Numbered from the stretch's first letter, positions 10,907-28,184 are shown. The stretch: DNA of 64,000 nucleotides from Scenedesmus sp. PABB004 (GCA_014905635.1 JABVCE010000005.1:620001-684000), one strand, 5' to 3'. Notes: a model not told the origin generated them from the letters alone. Made by a program: numbers and translations.

Positions 10907-11165
10907 TGGCGCGCCGCGCTGAGGGGCGGCACCGCGCGGGGCACGGCGGCGCAGGCCCTATGAGTGACGGCAACGAGCCCGCGGCGCGCGGTGCCTCCAC
11001 CCCACCCGGGCCGTCCCGCGCCGGTAAACCACGCCCATCCTCCTCGCGCAGCACGCCGGCTCGGGGAGCGCCGCCACTGGCAGCCACAGGCGCTGTCGCA
11101 GCTCGAGCCGCCCACGCCGCGCCGCTCCGCCTGCTGGGGCGCGCTCCAAGCGCGCGTGGTCCGCA

Positions 11166-12778
11166 ATGCAGACGCGCCTGGCGCCCGGCTGCGCCGGCAG
11201 CCGGGCCCCGCGCCTGCGCGCAGGCGGCGCTGCTGCCGCCGCCGCCGCTTCGCGGCCTGCGCGCCGCGTGGTGCGCGTACGTGCTGCGGCGGAGGCTGAG
11301 GACATGGTGGACCCCATGACAGGCGAGCCGCGCCCGCGCGCGCTGGCAGCGGCGGCACCGGCCGCCGGCGCTCACGCTCGCCCGCCCGCCCGCCGCCGCG
11401 CCGCGCGCCGCCAGGCGAGGTCATCTCCCGCACGTCGGTGCTCAACCAGGCCGCCGGCTACAGCGTCGACGTCGACGGCGTGCGCTGGGCGTACCGCCGC
11501 AGCGAGCCGGCCGCGGCCAAGGCGGGCGGCGGCAAACCCGCCGTGCTGCTGCTCCACGGCCTCGGCTCGTCGTCCTTCTGCTGGCGCCGCACGCTCGCGA
11601 TGCTCGGCGAGGCGGGGTACGAGGCCTTTGCGCCCGACTGGCCGGGCCACGGCGAGAGCGCCAAGCCGGCGCCGGCCGAGTTTGACTACACGCAGCGGTC
11701 CTACCTCGGCGGCCTGGCGCGCTTCGTCGACGCCGTCGGCATCCAGCGGCCCTACGCGCTCGTGGTGCAGGGCTACGTGCTGGGGCAGTACGGCCTGCTG
11801 CACGCGCTGGAGGCGCCCGAGGACGCCGTGTCGCGCCTCTTTGTGCTCAACACGCCGCTCGCGCTCTCCAGCAAGCTCCGACCCGAGCTCGCCGCGTACA
11901 AGAGCCCGCTGCCGTTCATGCGCCCCGGCAGCGTGCGCGCGGCTGCTGCGCGCAGCGGCGGCGCGGCGCGCGGCGCGCCCGCGCCGGCGCGCGGCGCGTG
12001 CGCGGGCGGCCCCCGACGGCGCGCCGCCGCGCGTCGCGCGCCCCGCGTCGCGCGCGCCGCGCAGAAGCCCTTTGACGGCGTCACGTACAACATGGCGGGC
12101 AGCCCCTACGCCATGCTCGAGGCCGACGCGATGACCTACGGCAAGCCCTACCGGGTGCGCTGCGGGCGGCGGGGGTGCGGGGGCGCCCTGGCCAAGCCGT
12201 GCGCCGCCGCGCGGCCCCGCCCGCCTGCCCCCGACGCCGCGCCGGCGCGCGCGCGCAGGACGACCCCGCCGCGAGCGCGGCCGTGGCGGCGACGATGGAG
12301 GCGCTGGACTTCCCCGCGCTGCTGCGCCAGGTGGACGAGGGCTACCGCACGTGGCGCAAGCCCAGCGTGCTGCTCTTTGGCGCCAACGGTGCGCGGCGTG
12401 GCGCCGGACGCGCGCCGGCGCGGCTGACCGCGGCCGCCCTCACCGCCCGCCCGGCCCCCTGCGCAGACCCGTTTGTCAATGTGAAGAGCGCTTTCGAGTT
12501 CCTGGACAGCAAGCGCACCAACATGCGGCTCGTCACGGCGTCGGCCAAGGTGCGTGCGCGGCGCGGGCTCGCACCGGAGCCGCGAGTCAGCGGTCGTCGC
12601 GCCCTGCCGCCCACGCCGCCCGCCTGCCCGCCTGCAGTTGGGTCACTGCCCGCAGGAAGACTACCCAGAAGCTCTGCAGGAGACGCTGGAGCTGTTCCTG
12701 CAGGGCGTCACGGACGGCTGGGAGCCGGGGCGCGTCGTCGCGAGCAAAATGACCAAGCGCGGCCTCGTCGAGGCGTGA
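11166..12778 (+). CDS. Plastid-type alpha/beta-fold hydrolase (haloalkane dehalogenase-like), 6 exons
   Basis: Transit peptide MQTRLAPG...RRVVRVRAAA, then VLLLHGLGSSSFCWR, AFAPDWPGHGES and LGHCPQEDYPE. The first intron 11323-11414 is GC-AG. Confidence 0.85.
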
Positions 12779-13283
12779 GGCCGGCGCGGCGCGCCTGTAA
12801 CGGGTCCTCCCGGTCGCCTGGCGCTGCGCGCGCGGGCTGGCGCGAGGCGGCGGCGGCGCCAGCGCGCGCGCGGGCGGGCGGCGGCGCCCGCCGCGGCGCG
12901 CGCGCGCGGTGCCGCGCCGGCGCCGCCCCTGGCGCCGTGCCGCGGTCTCTCGCTGCGGTCTGCGCGTGGGTCATCAGGGCCCGCGGCGCCGGTCGCGGGC
13001 GGCGTGAGTGGCAGGCGCGAGAACCCGCGCACGCCATAACGCCTGCGGGCCAGGGCGCGCCGCGGGCGGCCCGGCGCGCACACCCTGGCGGCGGCGCGCG
13101 CGAGATATGAGCAGCCCCGCCGCCCCGCCAGCTCGCCGCGCCTAGGGCCCGCAGGAGCGGCGATGATGGAGCTGCGCGCCCGCCCGGGCGTGCCGGGCGC
13201 CCCGGCGCGCCGCGCCGGTGGGCCCCGGCGCGGCCGACTCGCGACACGTGCGCTGCTGGCGCCGAGCAAGGCCACGACCGCCC
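12474..13283 (+). repeat. Right (functional, source-like) arm of the inverted duplication
   Basis: Matches the reverse complement of 7803-8677; reading frames are intact here. Confidence 0.9.
12796..12800 (+). promoter_or_regulatory. TGTAA chlorophyte-type polyadenylation signal for the hydrolase gene
   Basis: TGTAA lies 18 nt after the stop and is retained in the inverted copy (TTACA 8284-8288). Confidence 0.65.
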
Positions 13284-16200
13284 CGCCAGTGAGCTCGGAG
13301 GCGCCGGCCAGCTCGGACGCGCCCAGCGCCACCAAGCTCTGGCAGAGCGCCAGCGCGCTGGTGAACGGCCTCCGCATGCCCTGGCCGTCGCAGGAGGCGC
13401 CGCAGCAGGTGCGGGCGGGCTGCGGGCGGGGGTGCTGACGGAGGCAGCCCGCTGACGAAAAGCGCGGCGCCCCTGGGCGCCGCCCGGGCTCGCCGCGGGC
13501 CGCAGCGTCAGCAGGGGCCACCCCCGCAGCTTTCGGGCTGGCAGCTGCGGCTTTTCGGCGCGTCGGGCGGGCCTGCATCGCCCGCAGCTGCCCCTGCCGC
13601 TCGGCGGGCGGCGGGGCCGCGAGGCTGCGGGGGCCGGCCAGCGGCCCTCGCGCAGCTCTCGGCGGGCACAGCAGCGCCGCAGCACGCGCCCGCTGCGCAT
13701 GCGCGACCGGCGGCGGCGCCGCCGCCGTTCGTGGCCAGCGGAGCCTTCCGCCCCGCGGCGCCGCCTCACTCGCCGCGCCGCCGCCGCCGCGCGCCCTGCC
13801 GCAGGCCGCTCAGCAGCAGCAGCAACGGCAGCAGCAGCTGCCCGCGCCTGCGCCGCCCGCGGCGGCGGACGGCGACGCCGCGCCGCTCGACTGTCTCGCG
13901 TTCCTGGGCAGCGTGAGCGACGAGGAGCTGCGGCACATGCGGCTGCTGGCGCACCTGTGTGCGCAGACGTACTACATGGGCTCGCTCACGGTGAGAGCCG
14001 GGCAGGGGGGGGGGAGCGCCGGCCGGCAGCCGGCGGGCCGGCGGGCCGGTCTTCGCTTCCGCCGCCTGCCCGCCCACGCGCCGCCCGCCCCGCGCGCCGG
14101 CGCAGCCGCGCAAGCTCAAGCTGTGGCACCGCCTGGAGCTGGTGAGCACCAGCCTCTGCTGCGAGCGCCTCGTGTACGAGCCGGCGCGCAGCGACGAGGA
14201 GGTCGCGCTTGATGGCGACGGCATGGCCGGCCCCGCGCTGCTGGAGGCGCTCGCCCTCTACGCGCCGCCCGGCGCGCCCGAGGCCCTCGCCCTCGCCGCG
14301 CCGGGCGCCGCGCTCGGCGGCGCCGGCGGCGCCGGCAGCGCCGACGCGGCGCCGGGCGCGAACAACGTCGTGCCGTTTGGCGCCAAGCTCGCCGGCCTCG
14401 CCCCGCTCGGCGGCGCCGGCGGCGTGCGCGCCGCGGCCGCGTCGTTCTCGTCGACCGCGGCGGCGGCCGCCGCCGCGCAGGCCAGCGCGCCGCCGTCGCC
14501 GCCGCCGTCGCCGGCGGGCAGCCTCGACGGCGGCGTGGACGCCGGCGCGGGCGCGGTGGCGCCGCGGCGCGGCGGCAGCAGCTGGGGCCCCGCCGACCTG
14601 GTCGCGGCCAAGCTCAGCGAGGCCGCGGCGGCGGCGAGCAGCGTGACGGGCAGCCTCTACGCCGCGGCGGCGGCGGGGTCGCTGAGCCTCGTGAGCAGCG
14701 TGACGAGCAGCGTGAGCGCCGGCGTCGCGGGCTCGGTCGGCGGCGCGGTGCTCGGCGGCGCGGTGCTCGGCGGCGCCGCGCTCGGCCCCGGCGGCGACCG
14801 GCTCGTGCGCGAGGCCATCGCTGGCATCGCGAGCGCCGAGATCGCGGGCAGCCACCCCAACGGCACCGAGGTCAAGGCCGCGTCCACGAGCGCGGGCAGC
14901 CGCTGCCCGAGCGAGTGGTTTGTCGCCGACGGCGGCGGCACGCGTTACTTTGTCATCCAGGGCAGCGACTCGCTCGACCACTGGCGCACCAACCTCATGT
15001 TGGAGCCGGCCGAGTTTGAAGGCGGCGCGCTCGGCGGCCTGCGCGTGCACCGCGGCGCGTACGAGGCCGCGGCCGCGCTGTACGAGCGCTTCCTCCCGCT
15101 CGTGCAGGAGCACGTCGACGCAGACCCCGCGGCGCGCGTCTGCTTCACGGTGAGAGACGCGCGCGCGCGCGCCGCGCTGCCGCCCCGCCGCGCGCCCGCT
15201 GCGCTGATGCCGCGCGCCGCGCGCCCGCCGCGCTGCTGCCGCCCGCCGCGCGCCACGCCGCCGCGCGCCACGCCGCCGCGCGCCACGCCGCCGCGCGCCG
15301 CGCCTGACGCCCGGCCCGCCGCCGCTGCGACCGCAGGGCCACTCCATCGGCGGCTCGCTCGCGGTGCTGCTGATGCTCATGTTCCGGCACCGCGGCGTGC
15401 TGCGCGCGGCGCAGGTCGCGCCGGTCGTCACCTTTGGCGCGCCCGCCATCTTTTGCGACGGCGCGCTCGGCGCGTGCAGCGCGTGCGGCTCCGTGCCGGG
15501 CGGCGCCGAGTCGTGCAGCCTGGTGAGCGCCCGCGCGGCGCCCGCCCGCTCGCTCGCTCCGCCCCGCCGCGCCGCGCCTGCACCGCCGCGCGCCGCCCGC
15601 GTCGCGCGCTCACGCCCCGCCGCGCCGCGCCGCGCCGCAGGGCGGCGACCTGCTGTCGCGGCTGGGCCTGCCCGACGACATCATCCGCGGCGTCGTCATG
15701 ACGCGCGACATCGTGCCCCGCGCCTTTTCCTGCGACTACCGCCTTGTGGCGGAGCTGCTGCGCTCGTGGGGGCAGAGCTGGCGCGAGCACAGCTGCCTCT
15801 CGGGCGGCGCCTCGGGTGCGCGCGCGCGCCGCGCCGCGCACTGTGTCCTGCGCGCGGCGGCAGTCCCCGCTCCCCGCCTCGCGCCGCGCTCGCGCACCGC
15901 GCGCCGCGCTCACGCCCCCGTGCGCGCCGCCGCGTGCGCGCGCAGGCGAGGGCCGGCGGCAGCTGTACGTCCACATTGGCCGCGTGCGCGTGCTGCAGCC
16001 CGACCCGGAGCTCCCGTTTGTCACCGAGGCGCAGCCCCACCTCCCCATGCTGCCCCAGGCGCCGGGGCTGTACGAGCTCCTGCCGCGGCCGCGCCTCGCC
16101 GACGCGATGGCCGCGGCGACGCGGCGCGCGGCGCGGCTGCGCCGCGGCCTGCCGCTCGGCCGCCCCGCGGCGAGCCGGGAGGAGGCGCTCGCGGCGATCA

Positions 16201-16435
16201 TGGACACGCCGCACCCGCTCGAGACGCTCGCCGACCCGGGCGCGTACGGCAACGCCGGCAGCATCAGCCGCTACCACAACCCGGACCACTACTGCCTCGC
16301 GCTCGGGCGCCTGCTCGCGGAGCGCCGCGCCGCCGCGGCGGCGGCGCTCGCGGGCGCGCCGTTCACGGTGCCCGCGCGCGCGCCGACGCCGCGCCGTTCT
16401 TCGCGGCGGCGGCGGCGCCGCCGGGCGGGGCGTGA
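13163..16435 (+). CDS. PGD1: Class 3 plastid lipase of the PGD1/PLIP family, 6 exons (3' end needs a frameshift near 16375, otherwise reads to 16799)
   Basis: LAHLCAQTYYM, CPSEWFVAD, TRYFVIQGSDSLDHWRTNL, VHRGAYEAA, FTGHSIGGSLA (GHSxG nucleophile), VTFGAPAIFC, MTRDIVPRAFSCDY and HPLETLADPGAYG...SRYHNPDHY, with an N-terminal transit peptide. Confidence 0.82.
15244..15298. repeat. 15-bp tandem repeat (GCCACGCCGCCGCGC), about 3.5 copies, in a lipase intron
   Basis: Directly visible. Confidence 0.75.
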
Positions 16436-17445
16436 GGGGCGCGCGCGGCGGGCCGGCGCGGCGCGGCCGCCCGTAGAGGGCGGGGCACGTACGTTTTTTG
16501 GCAGAGGCGCGGCGCGGCGCTCGGTCGCCTGCGCGCGCGAGCGTCGGCGTGGCATTGCTGGGCAGCGCCTGCCGGCTGCCAGGCTGAGTCGAGGGCGGGC
16601 GCCGGGGCGGGCGCCGGGGCGGGGCGGGGAGCCGCGCCGAAGACATTCGCTTGCAAGCGGGCGGCCACTCCGGCGCACGGGCCATGGCTTGCCCCCGCGC
16701 ACTTGCTGCCGCTGTGCCTGTCTGCTGTACATGGTGTGCAGCGGCGACGCAGCAGCGATGACTTGCTGTACATTAGGCCTGCGGATTGTCGACGATTGAA
16801 GTTGGCGCTCACACGACATAGCTTAGCCCCCGCACCCCTCTCGGTGTGTCGCGCGAATCTGCAGCGTGTCTAGGTCGCTCGCTCTGTTTAGGCGGTGTGT
16901 GTTGGTGCGTGGGCATGTCTGCGTGCGTGTGCGGGCGCCCGCCCTCTGAGCAAGGGGGCGGGCGCCCGCCGCGGCGGCGCGAGCGCATCGAGCGCGCCAA
17001 CGCATGATGGGGGCGACGGGGGACGAGGATGTCTTTGAGCAGCGACTGCTCGCCACAGCACTCTGGCGCGGCGGCTGTACAGGGAATCAAGGAAACGCGA
17101 GTCGTCGCGCGCGGCACAACGACGCCCCGCCCGCTGCGCCCCGCGGCTGCGCCCCGCCGGCTCCGCCGCCACCCGGCGTGCCGCAGCCGGCTCCGCGGGC
17201 GCAGTCGCGATCCCAGAGGCCGCCCGCGCACGCACGCAGCAGACGCGCCCGCGCAGCAGCCGCCCGCGAGCCCGCCGAGCAGCAGCCGCCGCGAGCAGAC
17301 GCGGCGCCGCCCGAGGGCCCCGCCTGCTCTGTCCGGTCCGGTCGCTCTCGTCCTGGGCCACACGCTCGCTCACGCGCAGGCGCCGCGGCGCGCGCGCCGG
17401 CAGCAGCTGCAGGGCGGCGGCGGCACAGCAGCGGCGGCGGCCGCC

Positions 17446-19306
17446 ATGGCCGGGGGCGCCGCCGACCTGGCGCCGCAGCAGGCGCACCTGGTGAAGCCCA
17501 AGACGCGCAAGGGCAAGCGCGTCCTTGAGAAGCGCGGCCCCAAGCTGGTGCGCCGCCGCGGCCAGGCGGCAGCGGCGGCCCGGCGGCGCGCCGCCTGCCA
17601 GCAGCCCCCGCAGGCCCGGCAACGGCCCCAGCCCCCCCCCCCCCGCAGCGGCAGGCGGGGGGCAGCAGCGGCGCGCGCCCGCGCCCGCGTGCGCGCCGAG
17701 CCGCCGGCCGCCGCCGCCCGACGCGCGCCGCGACGCACGCGCTGCCTCTGCTCTGCCGCTGCGGCGCAGGTTGAGGACGCCAAGCGCGCCCTCTTCCTGT
17801 ACGGCAACGACGTCAGCCAGACGGTCAAGGACGCGATGAGCGACCTGCACAAGCTCAAGGGGGTGCGGCGCGCGCGGCGCGCGCTGCGAGGGCGGCCGAC
17901 GCCCGGCAGGCGCCGCGGCCCGACCCTCCGTGCCGCCCACGCTCACCCCTGCCCTCCCGCCCGCCCGCGCCCACGCGCCCGCGCGCCCGCATGCGCGCGC
18001 GCCGCAGGCCGACGCGCAGGCGTTCACGCGCAAGAACCCCGACGTGCGCCCGTTTGAGGCGGGCGGCGAGGCGGGGCTGCAGTTTTTCTGCAACAAGTCC
18101 AACTGCTCCCTCTTTGTGCTCGGCAGCACCAGCAAGAAGCGGCCCCACAACCTGGTGCTCGGCCGCCTCTACGACTTTCACCTCTATGACGCGCTCGAGC
18201 TCGGCATCGAGGCCCACGCGCCCATCCGGGCGTTCCGCGGCGCCGGCACGGCGCAGGTCGGCAACAAGGTGCGGCGCGGCGCGCGCACACCGCGCGGCGG
18301 CGGCGCGTCACACGCGCGCGCGCCGCCGCCGGGCCGCGCGCCAGCGCCGACGGCCGACGGGCGCGCCCGCCGGCCGCCGCAGCCGGCGGTCCTGTTTGTG
18401 GGCGAGCGCTTTGAGTCGGAGCCGGACTTCAAGCTCGCAAAGAGCATGCTGCTGGACATGTTCAGGGGGCAGCAGGCGCGGCGCGACGGCGGCAGCGCCG
18501 CCGCCGCCGCGGCGCGTCGCGCGCGCGCGCCGTCTGTTTGCGGCCGCCGCGCTCACGCGCGCGCCCGCGTGTGCGCCGCCCGCGCCGCCCCGTCCCGCCC
18601 CGCAGGTTGAGAGCGTCAACCTGGCCGGCCTGGACCGCGTGGTCGTCGCGTACGCGGCGGGCGGCGGCGAGCGCGGCCTGCTGCTGCGGCAGTACCGCCT
18701 GGCCTACAAGAAGAGCGGCACCAAGGCGCGGCGCCGCGCCCCCGGGGGCCGCCCGCCTCCCCGAATGTGGGGCTGTGGCCGGTGGGCCGCCGAGGGGCGC
18801 GCGCCGACGGCCGCGCGCGCGCACGCCGCCGCGCAGGTCCCGCGCGCGCACCTCACCGAGATGGGTCCGCGGCTCGACCTCGTGCTGCGCCGCGTGCGGC
18901 TGCCGCCGGTGGACCTGGAGAAGGAGGCGCTGCGGCAGCCAAAGCTCACCAAGAAAAAGGCGCGGCGGCGGCGGCGGCGGCGCGTCGGCGGCGGCGGCCG
19001 CGTGCGGGGCTGGCAGCGGTGCCGGCGGCGCGCCGACGCGCGTGCGCGCCCGGCGCCGGCGCTTCTTAAACCCTCGCCGCGGCGCAGGAGAAGAACGTCG
19101 GCAGCGACCTGCTGGGCGGCCGTGTGGGGCGCATCTACATGCCCAAGCAGACCGTCGACAAGATGGCGCTGGCCAAGCCCAAGGGCACCAAGCGCGGCCG
19201 GCGCGAGGCCGCGGCAGAGAAGAAGGCGGCGGCGAAGCGCCCGAAGCCCAGCGGCGGCGCCGAGGCGGGCGGCGGCCCGGACGGCGGCGGCAGCGACGAC
19301 GAGTGA
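17446..19306 (+). CDS. RPF2: Ribosome production factor 2 (Brix domain), 7 exons
   Basis: KPKTRKGKRVLEKRGPKLVEDAKRALFL, RKNPDVRPFEAGGE, CSLFVLGSTSKKRPHNLVLGRLYD, LTEMGPRLDLVLRR and GRIYMPKQ. Three introns have GC donors. Confidence 0.93.
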
Positions 19307-19609
19307 GGCGCCGCGGCGGCGGCCCCCACCAGCGCGCGGGCCTGTTGTTGGCTGCAGCAGCGGACCGCGGTCGGCGCTGCGCACGCAGGCAACCTCCCTC
19401 CCTGGCCGCTCTGTGCGCGCCGTGCGCCGCCCCGTCGGACCAGCCGGCAGCTCACGCGCGCAGGGGCTGCGCCGCAAACGCAGCAGCGCGGCGCGCCACG
19501 GTCGTGCGCCCGAGCCAGCGACCGCCCGGTTACCGGCGGGCAGAACACGCGCTGCTGCCGCGGGCCGCCGCCGCAGAGCCGCGCCGCTCTCTCGCTCGCG
19601 CGCGCGCGC

Positions 19610-22600
19610 TCACCCGCTCGCCGCCAGCGCGGTGCGCTCGCACTCGTAGATGATGAGGCGCTTGAGCTTCATCACAAACCCAGCAGCGTCCGAGGCGAGG
19701 ATCGGCTCGAGCTCCGCCTCCATGGCGGCTGCGGCGCGCGCGGGCGCGGGCGCGGGCGCGGCGACGGGCGCGTGAGGCGGGCGGCGCAGGGGCCCGCGGC
19801 GCGCGGGGGCGCGCCGCCGCGCCGCGCGGCCGCCCCCGGCGCGGGCGCGGGGCGGGCGCGCACGGCGCCGCTGCGCCGCCGCGCGGCACGGCCTGCGGGG
19901 ACGGGCCTGGGTGCCAGGCCGTGGCGTGAGAGGGCGGGCAGCGGTGCGCGCAGCGCCGCGCCGCCGCAGCCGCGCGCTGCGGGCTGCGGCGGCGCCCGTG
20001 CCGCCGCCCGCGCCCTCGCGCGCCTCCCCGCCGTGCCGCCCGCCCGGGCCGCCCGTGCCGACTTACCTGCGGGCGAGTGTGAGCGCACGAGGCCCATGAT
20101 GAACTCCACCAGGTCTGGCTCCTCCATGCCGACCAGCTCGGGCACCTTCCTGGCCACCCACGCGCCGATGTTGCCCAGGCTGCCCTCGCCCATGTGCTGC
20201 CAGCGCACGGGGAAGCTGCGGCGGCGGGCGGCGCGGGGCCGCGGTCAGCCGCGCGCGGGGCGGCGCCGGGGCGCGGCGCGGGCCGCGGCGCGGGCCGCGG
20301 CGGCGGGCGCGGCCGCTCGCGGCTCACGCGTGCAGCGCGTCGCGCTCGCTCGGCAGCGTGTCCATCCACTGCCGCAGGAACGCCTTGCGCCCCGCGACGT
20401 CCAGGCCGGGCGGGTACCGCGGCACGCCCTCCTCGCCGCCGCCGCCGCCGGCGCCGCCGGCGCCGCCGCCCGCCGGCGGCGCCGCGCCGTGGCCGTCCGC
20501 GGCGTGCGGCGCGCCGGCGCCGTCGGGGTCGGCCACCGCGCGCAGCTCATCCTCAGTGTACTGGATGGGCACCAGCTTGCGCCGCTTGCCGCCGTCGTCC
20601 TCGTCGTCAGCAAACAGCGCGCTGACCGCGGCGCGCCCGCCGGCGCGCCGGCCAAACAGCGCGCCGGGCGGCGCCGGCCGCGCCGCGGCGCCGGGCGCGG
20701 GCGCGGGCCCGCGCGGCGCCGCCGCCGGCGACGGCCGCGCCGGCGCGGGCGCCGCCGCGGCCGCCATCATCGCCTGCATGATCGCGTCCTGCGGGTCCAC
20801 CTCGGGCGCCGCCGGCGCCGCGGCGCCTGCCGCTGCAGGCTCCGCGCGCGCCGGCGCCGTCGGCGGGGCCGCCGCCGCGGCTGCTGCCGCCGCCGCCGCC
20901 GCCTCGGCCGCCGCCTCAGCCGCGGCCGCGGCCGCGGCCGCCTCGGCCGCCTCCTTGGCGCGGTCGGCGGCGTCGTCCTCCGCCTCGCGCTGCCGCCGCT
21001 TGCGGCGCTCCTCCGTGCGCCGGCTGCGGGCGCGGCGGGCGGGCGCGGCGGCGTCGGGCGCGCCGCCCCCGCCTGCTGCGCGCGGCGCCCGCGGCCGGCC
21101 CTCCTCCCCGCTGCCGCCACCGTCCCGCGCCCCCGCCCACCCGCCCGCGTGCCCGCCCACGCGCGACGCACTGGTGCCGCAGCGACCGCCGCGCCCAGGG
21201 CTCGACGTCGTCGTCGCTCTCGCGCCCCTCGGCGTCCGCCTTGATGTGCCGCGCGCGCTCGCGCTCCGCGTCGCGCTGGCGGTCGCGCTCGCGCTCGCGG
21301 TCGCGCTCCCGGTCCCTGCGGCCGCCAGGCCGGGCGGGCTGCTCAGGGCCGGGCCTGCGGGCGGCGCCCCCGCGTGCGGCGCGCGCGCTGCGCCCCCGCC
21401 GCGCCCCCGCGAGCTGGCACGCCGGCGCGCGGCGCACCGCTCGTGGCGCTCCCACACTTCCGCGCGGCGCTGATACTCCTTGTCCTCCCGCCGCCGCGAC
21501 TCGTCGGCCGCGCGGCGCTTGCGCTCGCGCTCGCGCTCAAACTCAGCCGCCAGCTCGCGCTCGCGCGCCGCCTCGGGGTCCGCCTCGCGCGCGCGCCGGT
21601 CGTCCGCGGTGCCTGCAGCGCGCGCCGGCGGGACGCGGCAGCGGCTGAGAGGGCCTGCCGCCGCGCGGCGCCGCCGGCCGGCGCCCCCGCCCGCGCCCGC
21701 GCCCACGACCCTGCCAACGGCGCGCGCGCGCACCCGGCGGCGGCGGCAGCCCCGGCTGCCCCGGCTGCCCGGGCTCTGCCGCCGCCGCGCCGCCGGCCGG
21801 CGGCGGCGGCAGCGCGGGGCGGCTGCTGACTGTTGCCATGATGATCGCCAGCGCTAGGTCGTCCGAGGCCTGCTCCTTAGCCGCAGCGTCCTCCTCCGCG
21901 GCGGCCTCGGCGGCGTCGTCCTCGGCGCTGCCGCCGGCCCCGGCGCCCGGCGCGGCGCCGTCCGCGGCCGCCGGCGCGTCGCCGCCGTCGGCAGCGGCGT
22001 CGGCGGCCGCCTTGGCCTGCGCGCGAAGCGGGGCGAGCACGCGCCGCAGCAGGTCGGCGCGGGCGGCCGCGGCTGCCGCCGCTGCCGCCGCCGCCGCTGC
22101 TGGCTGCTGCCCCGCCGCCGGCCGCCCCGCCGCCGCCGCACCTTGGCCTCCGCCTCGGCCTTGCGCTGCGCCGCGCGCGCCTCGCGCTCCACGGCGTGCC
22201 GCCGCCGCGTGGCCTCCTTGTTGCGCTCATACCTGCCGCACGCGGCGCGGCGCGCGCGCTCGCACGTGCGCGCTCGCGCACGCGCGAGCCGCAGAGGGGC
22301 TCCCGGCCCGCGCCGCGCGTGCGCCGCGCGCCGCACCACTCGAGGTACTTTTGCGTGGCGGTGTTGGGCTTGAGCAGCAGCTCCTGGCCGTCGAGCTTGA
22401 GGCTGTTGAGCAGGCGCAGCGCGCGCTGCGCGCCCTCGCCGTCGGCGTACTCGGCGAAGCCAAAGCCCTTGCTCGCGCCGCTCGGCTCCTTGACCGCGTT
22501 CCACGACCGCAGCGCGCCGCACGCCTCGAGCAGCTCCCGGATGACCGCCTCGGGCACCGACGGCGCGATCTTGCCGACGTAGACCGTCGTCGCCGGCGGC

Positions 22601-22964
22601 GGCCCGAGCGGGCCCCACGCGTCGAGCGGCGGCGGCCCGCCCATGCGCGGCGGCATCATCAGCGGCGGCGGCCCCGGCAGCAGTGGCTGCCCCGGCGGCG
22701 GCAGCAGCGGCTGCCCCGGCGGCGGCAGGAGCGGCTGCCCCGGCGGCGGCAGCAGGGGCCCGCCAGCCGCGCCTGCGAGGGGCGCGCGGCGCGGGCGGCG
22801 CGCCGCAGTGAGGCGGGCCCGCGATCGCGCGCCGAGGGCAGCGCTGCTGCGCCGGCGCTGCCGCCCCCGCCGCCGGCGCCGCCGGGCGCGCGCGCCGAAA
22901 GCGCACCGAAGCGCGGCATGCCCGGGTGCGGGAATCCGCCACCAAAGGGCGGCGGGAACGCCAT
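19610..22964 (-). CDS. RBM25: RNA-binding protein 25 (RRM, RE/RD-rich region, PWI domain), 9 exons
   Basis: RRM TVYVGKIAP...KGFGFAEY...ALRLLN, then ERDRERER repeats, KRRKLVPIQY, and PWI region AWVARKVPELVGMEEPDLVEFIM...FVMKLKRLIIYE. Confidence 0.92.
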
Positions 22965-23565
22965 GGCTGCGGCCTCTCTGGCGCCAATCGCCCAAGATTG
23001 GAGCGCTTCCAGCCGCTCGTGGCGCCGTGCTCAGCGGCGGGCCGCGCCCATGCGCTCCTTCAGGCGCTGCCGCTCGTCCGGGCAGGCGTGGAGGACGCGC
23101 TGGGCCAGGGGCGGCGCGGCGCGGCGTGCGCTGCTGCCGACGGCGGCGGCGGCCTGCACGGCGGCGGGCGGCGGGCGCGGCGGCCCGGTCCAGGTCGGCG
23201 CGGGGCGATGGCTCGCCAGCACGGCCGGCGCCGCGTGATCAGCCGCGGCGGCAGCCGCTCCTCAACCCCGCCGTGACAGCGGCCGCGCCGCGCCGACACG
23301 TGCGATCGCCGGCGCCGGATCGCCGGCGCCGGCGTCTGGCCCCACTCACCCGCCTCTCGGGGCAAAGCGCCACGCCCCCACGCCCGCACCGACCGCGCAC
23401 GGCGCGCGCCGCGCCGCCCGCTGCTGCTGCCGCCGGCACGCCGCTGCTCGCCGTGCGCCGCCGCCGCCGGCCCGGGCCCGCCCGGCGTCCAGCGCCGCCT
23501 GCCGGCTCCGGCCAGGCTCCGTTCTTCCCCGTTGGGGCGCCGTCTGCCGCGCGGCTCGAGGCAGC

Positions 23566-27890
<4,325 letters not shown>

Positions 27891-28089
27891 GGCACATCCG
27901 CAGGCGCACGTGTCGTTGGCGCGCGGCGGCCGTCGGGCGAGTAACGGCGGCCGAGCGGCACGCGCGAGCAGCATTTCCGCACACGCGCCGCACCACACAA
28001 CTGCTCCGCCGCGCGCAACGGCCAACAACGCACCCCCGCGCCACGCCCACACCGGGCGGTGGCCGTTGCCGCCCACTAGCTCATCGCTG

Positions 28090-28158
28090 GTCGCCTCGCC
28101 GCGTCACCCCGCGTCGCCTCGCCGCGTCACCCCGCGTCGCCTCGCCGCGTCACCCCGC
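28090..28158. repeat. 23-bp tandem repeat x3 (GTCGCCTCGCCGCGTCACCCCGC) between convergent stop codons
   Basis: Directly visible; no spacers. Confidence 0.85.
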
Positions 28159-28184
28159 ACCGCCTCGCGCCGCGCCGCGCCCGC

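Noticed and set aside
7803..13283. Transposon with long terminal inverted repeats carrying CMO
   Set aside because: The arms are host exon/intergenic sequence; I saw no transposase and no target-site duplication.
2484..16435. Functional lipid/osmolyte gene cluster (ABCG, CMO, hydrolase, PGD1)
   Set aside because: No single pathway links them, and neighbouring genes are unrelated housekeeping loci; adjacency is not enough.
16800..17440. Possible small gene at ORF 17004-17528 in a lower-GC interval
   Set aside because: No recognisable motif or consistent exon structure; likely UTR/promoter DNA.
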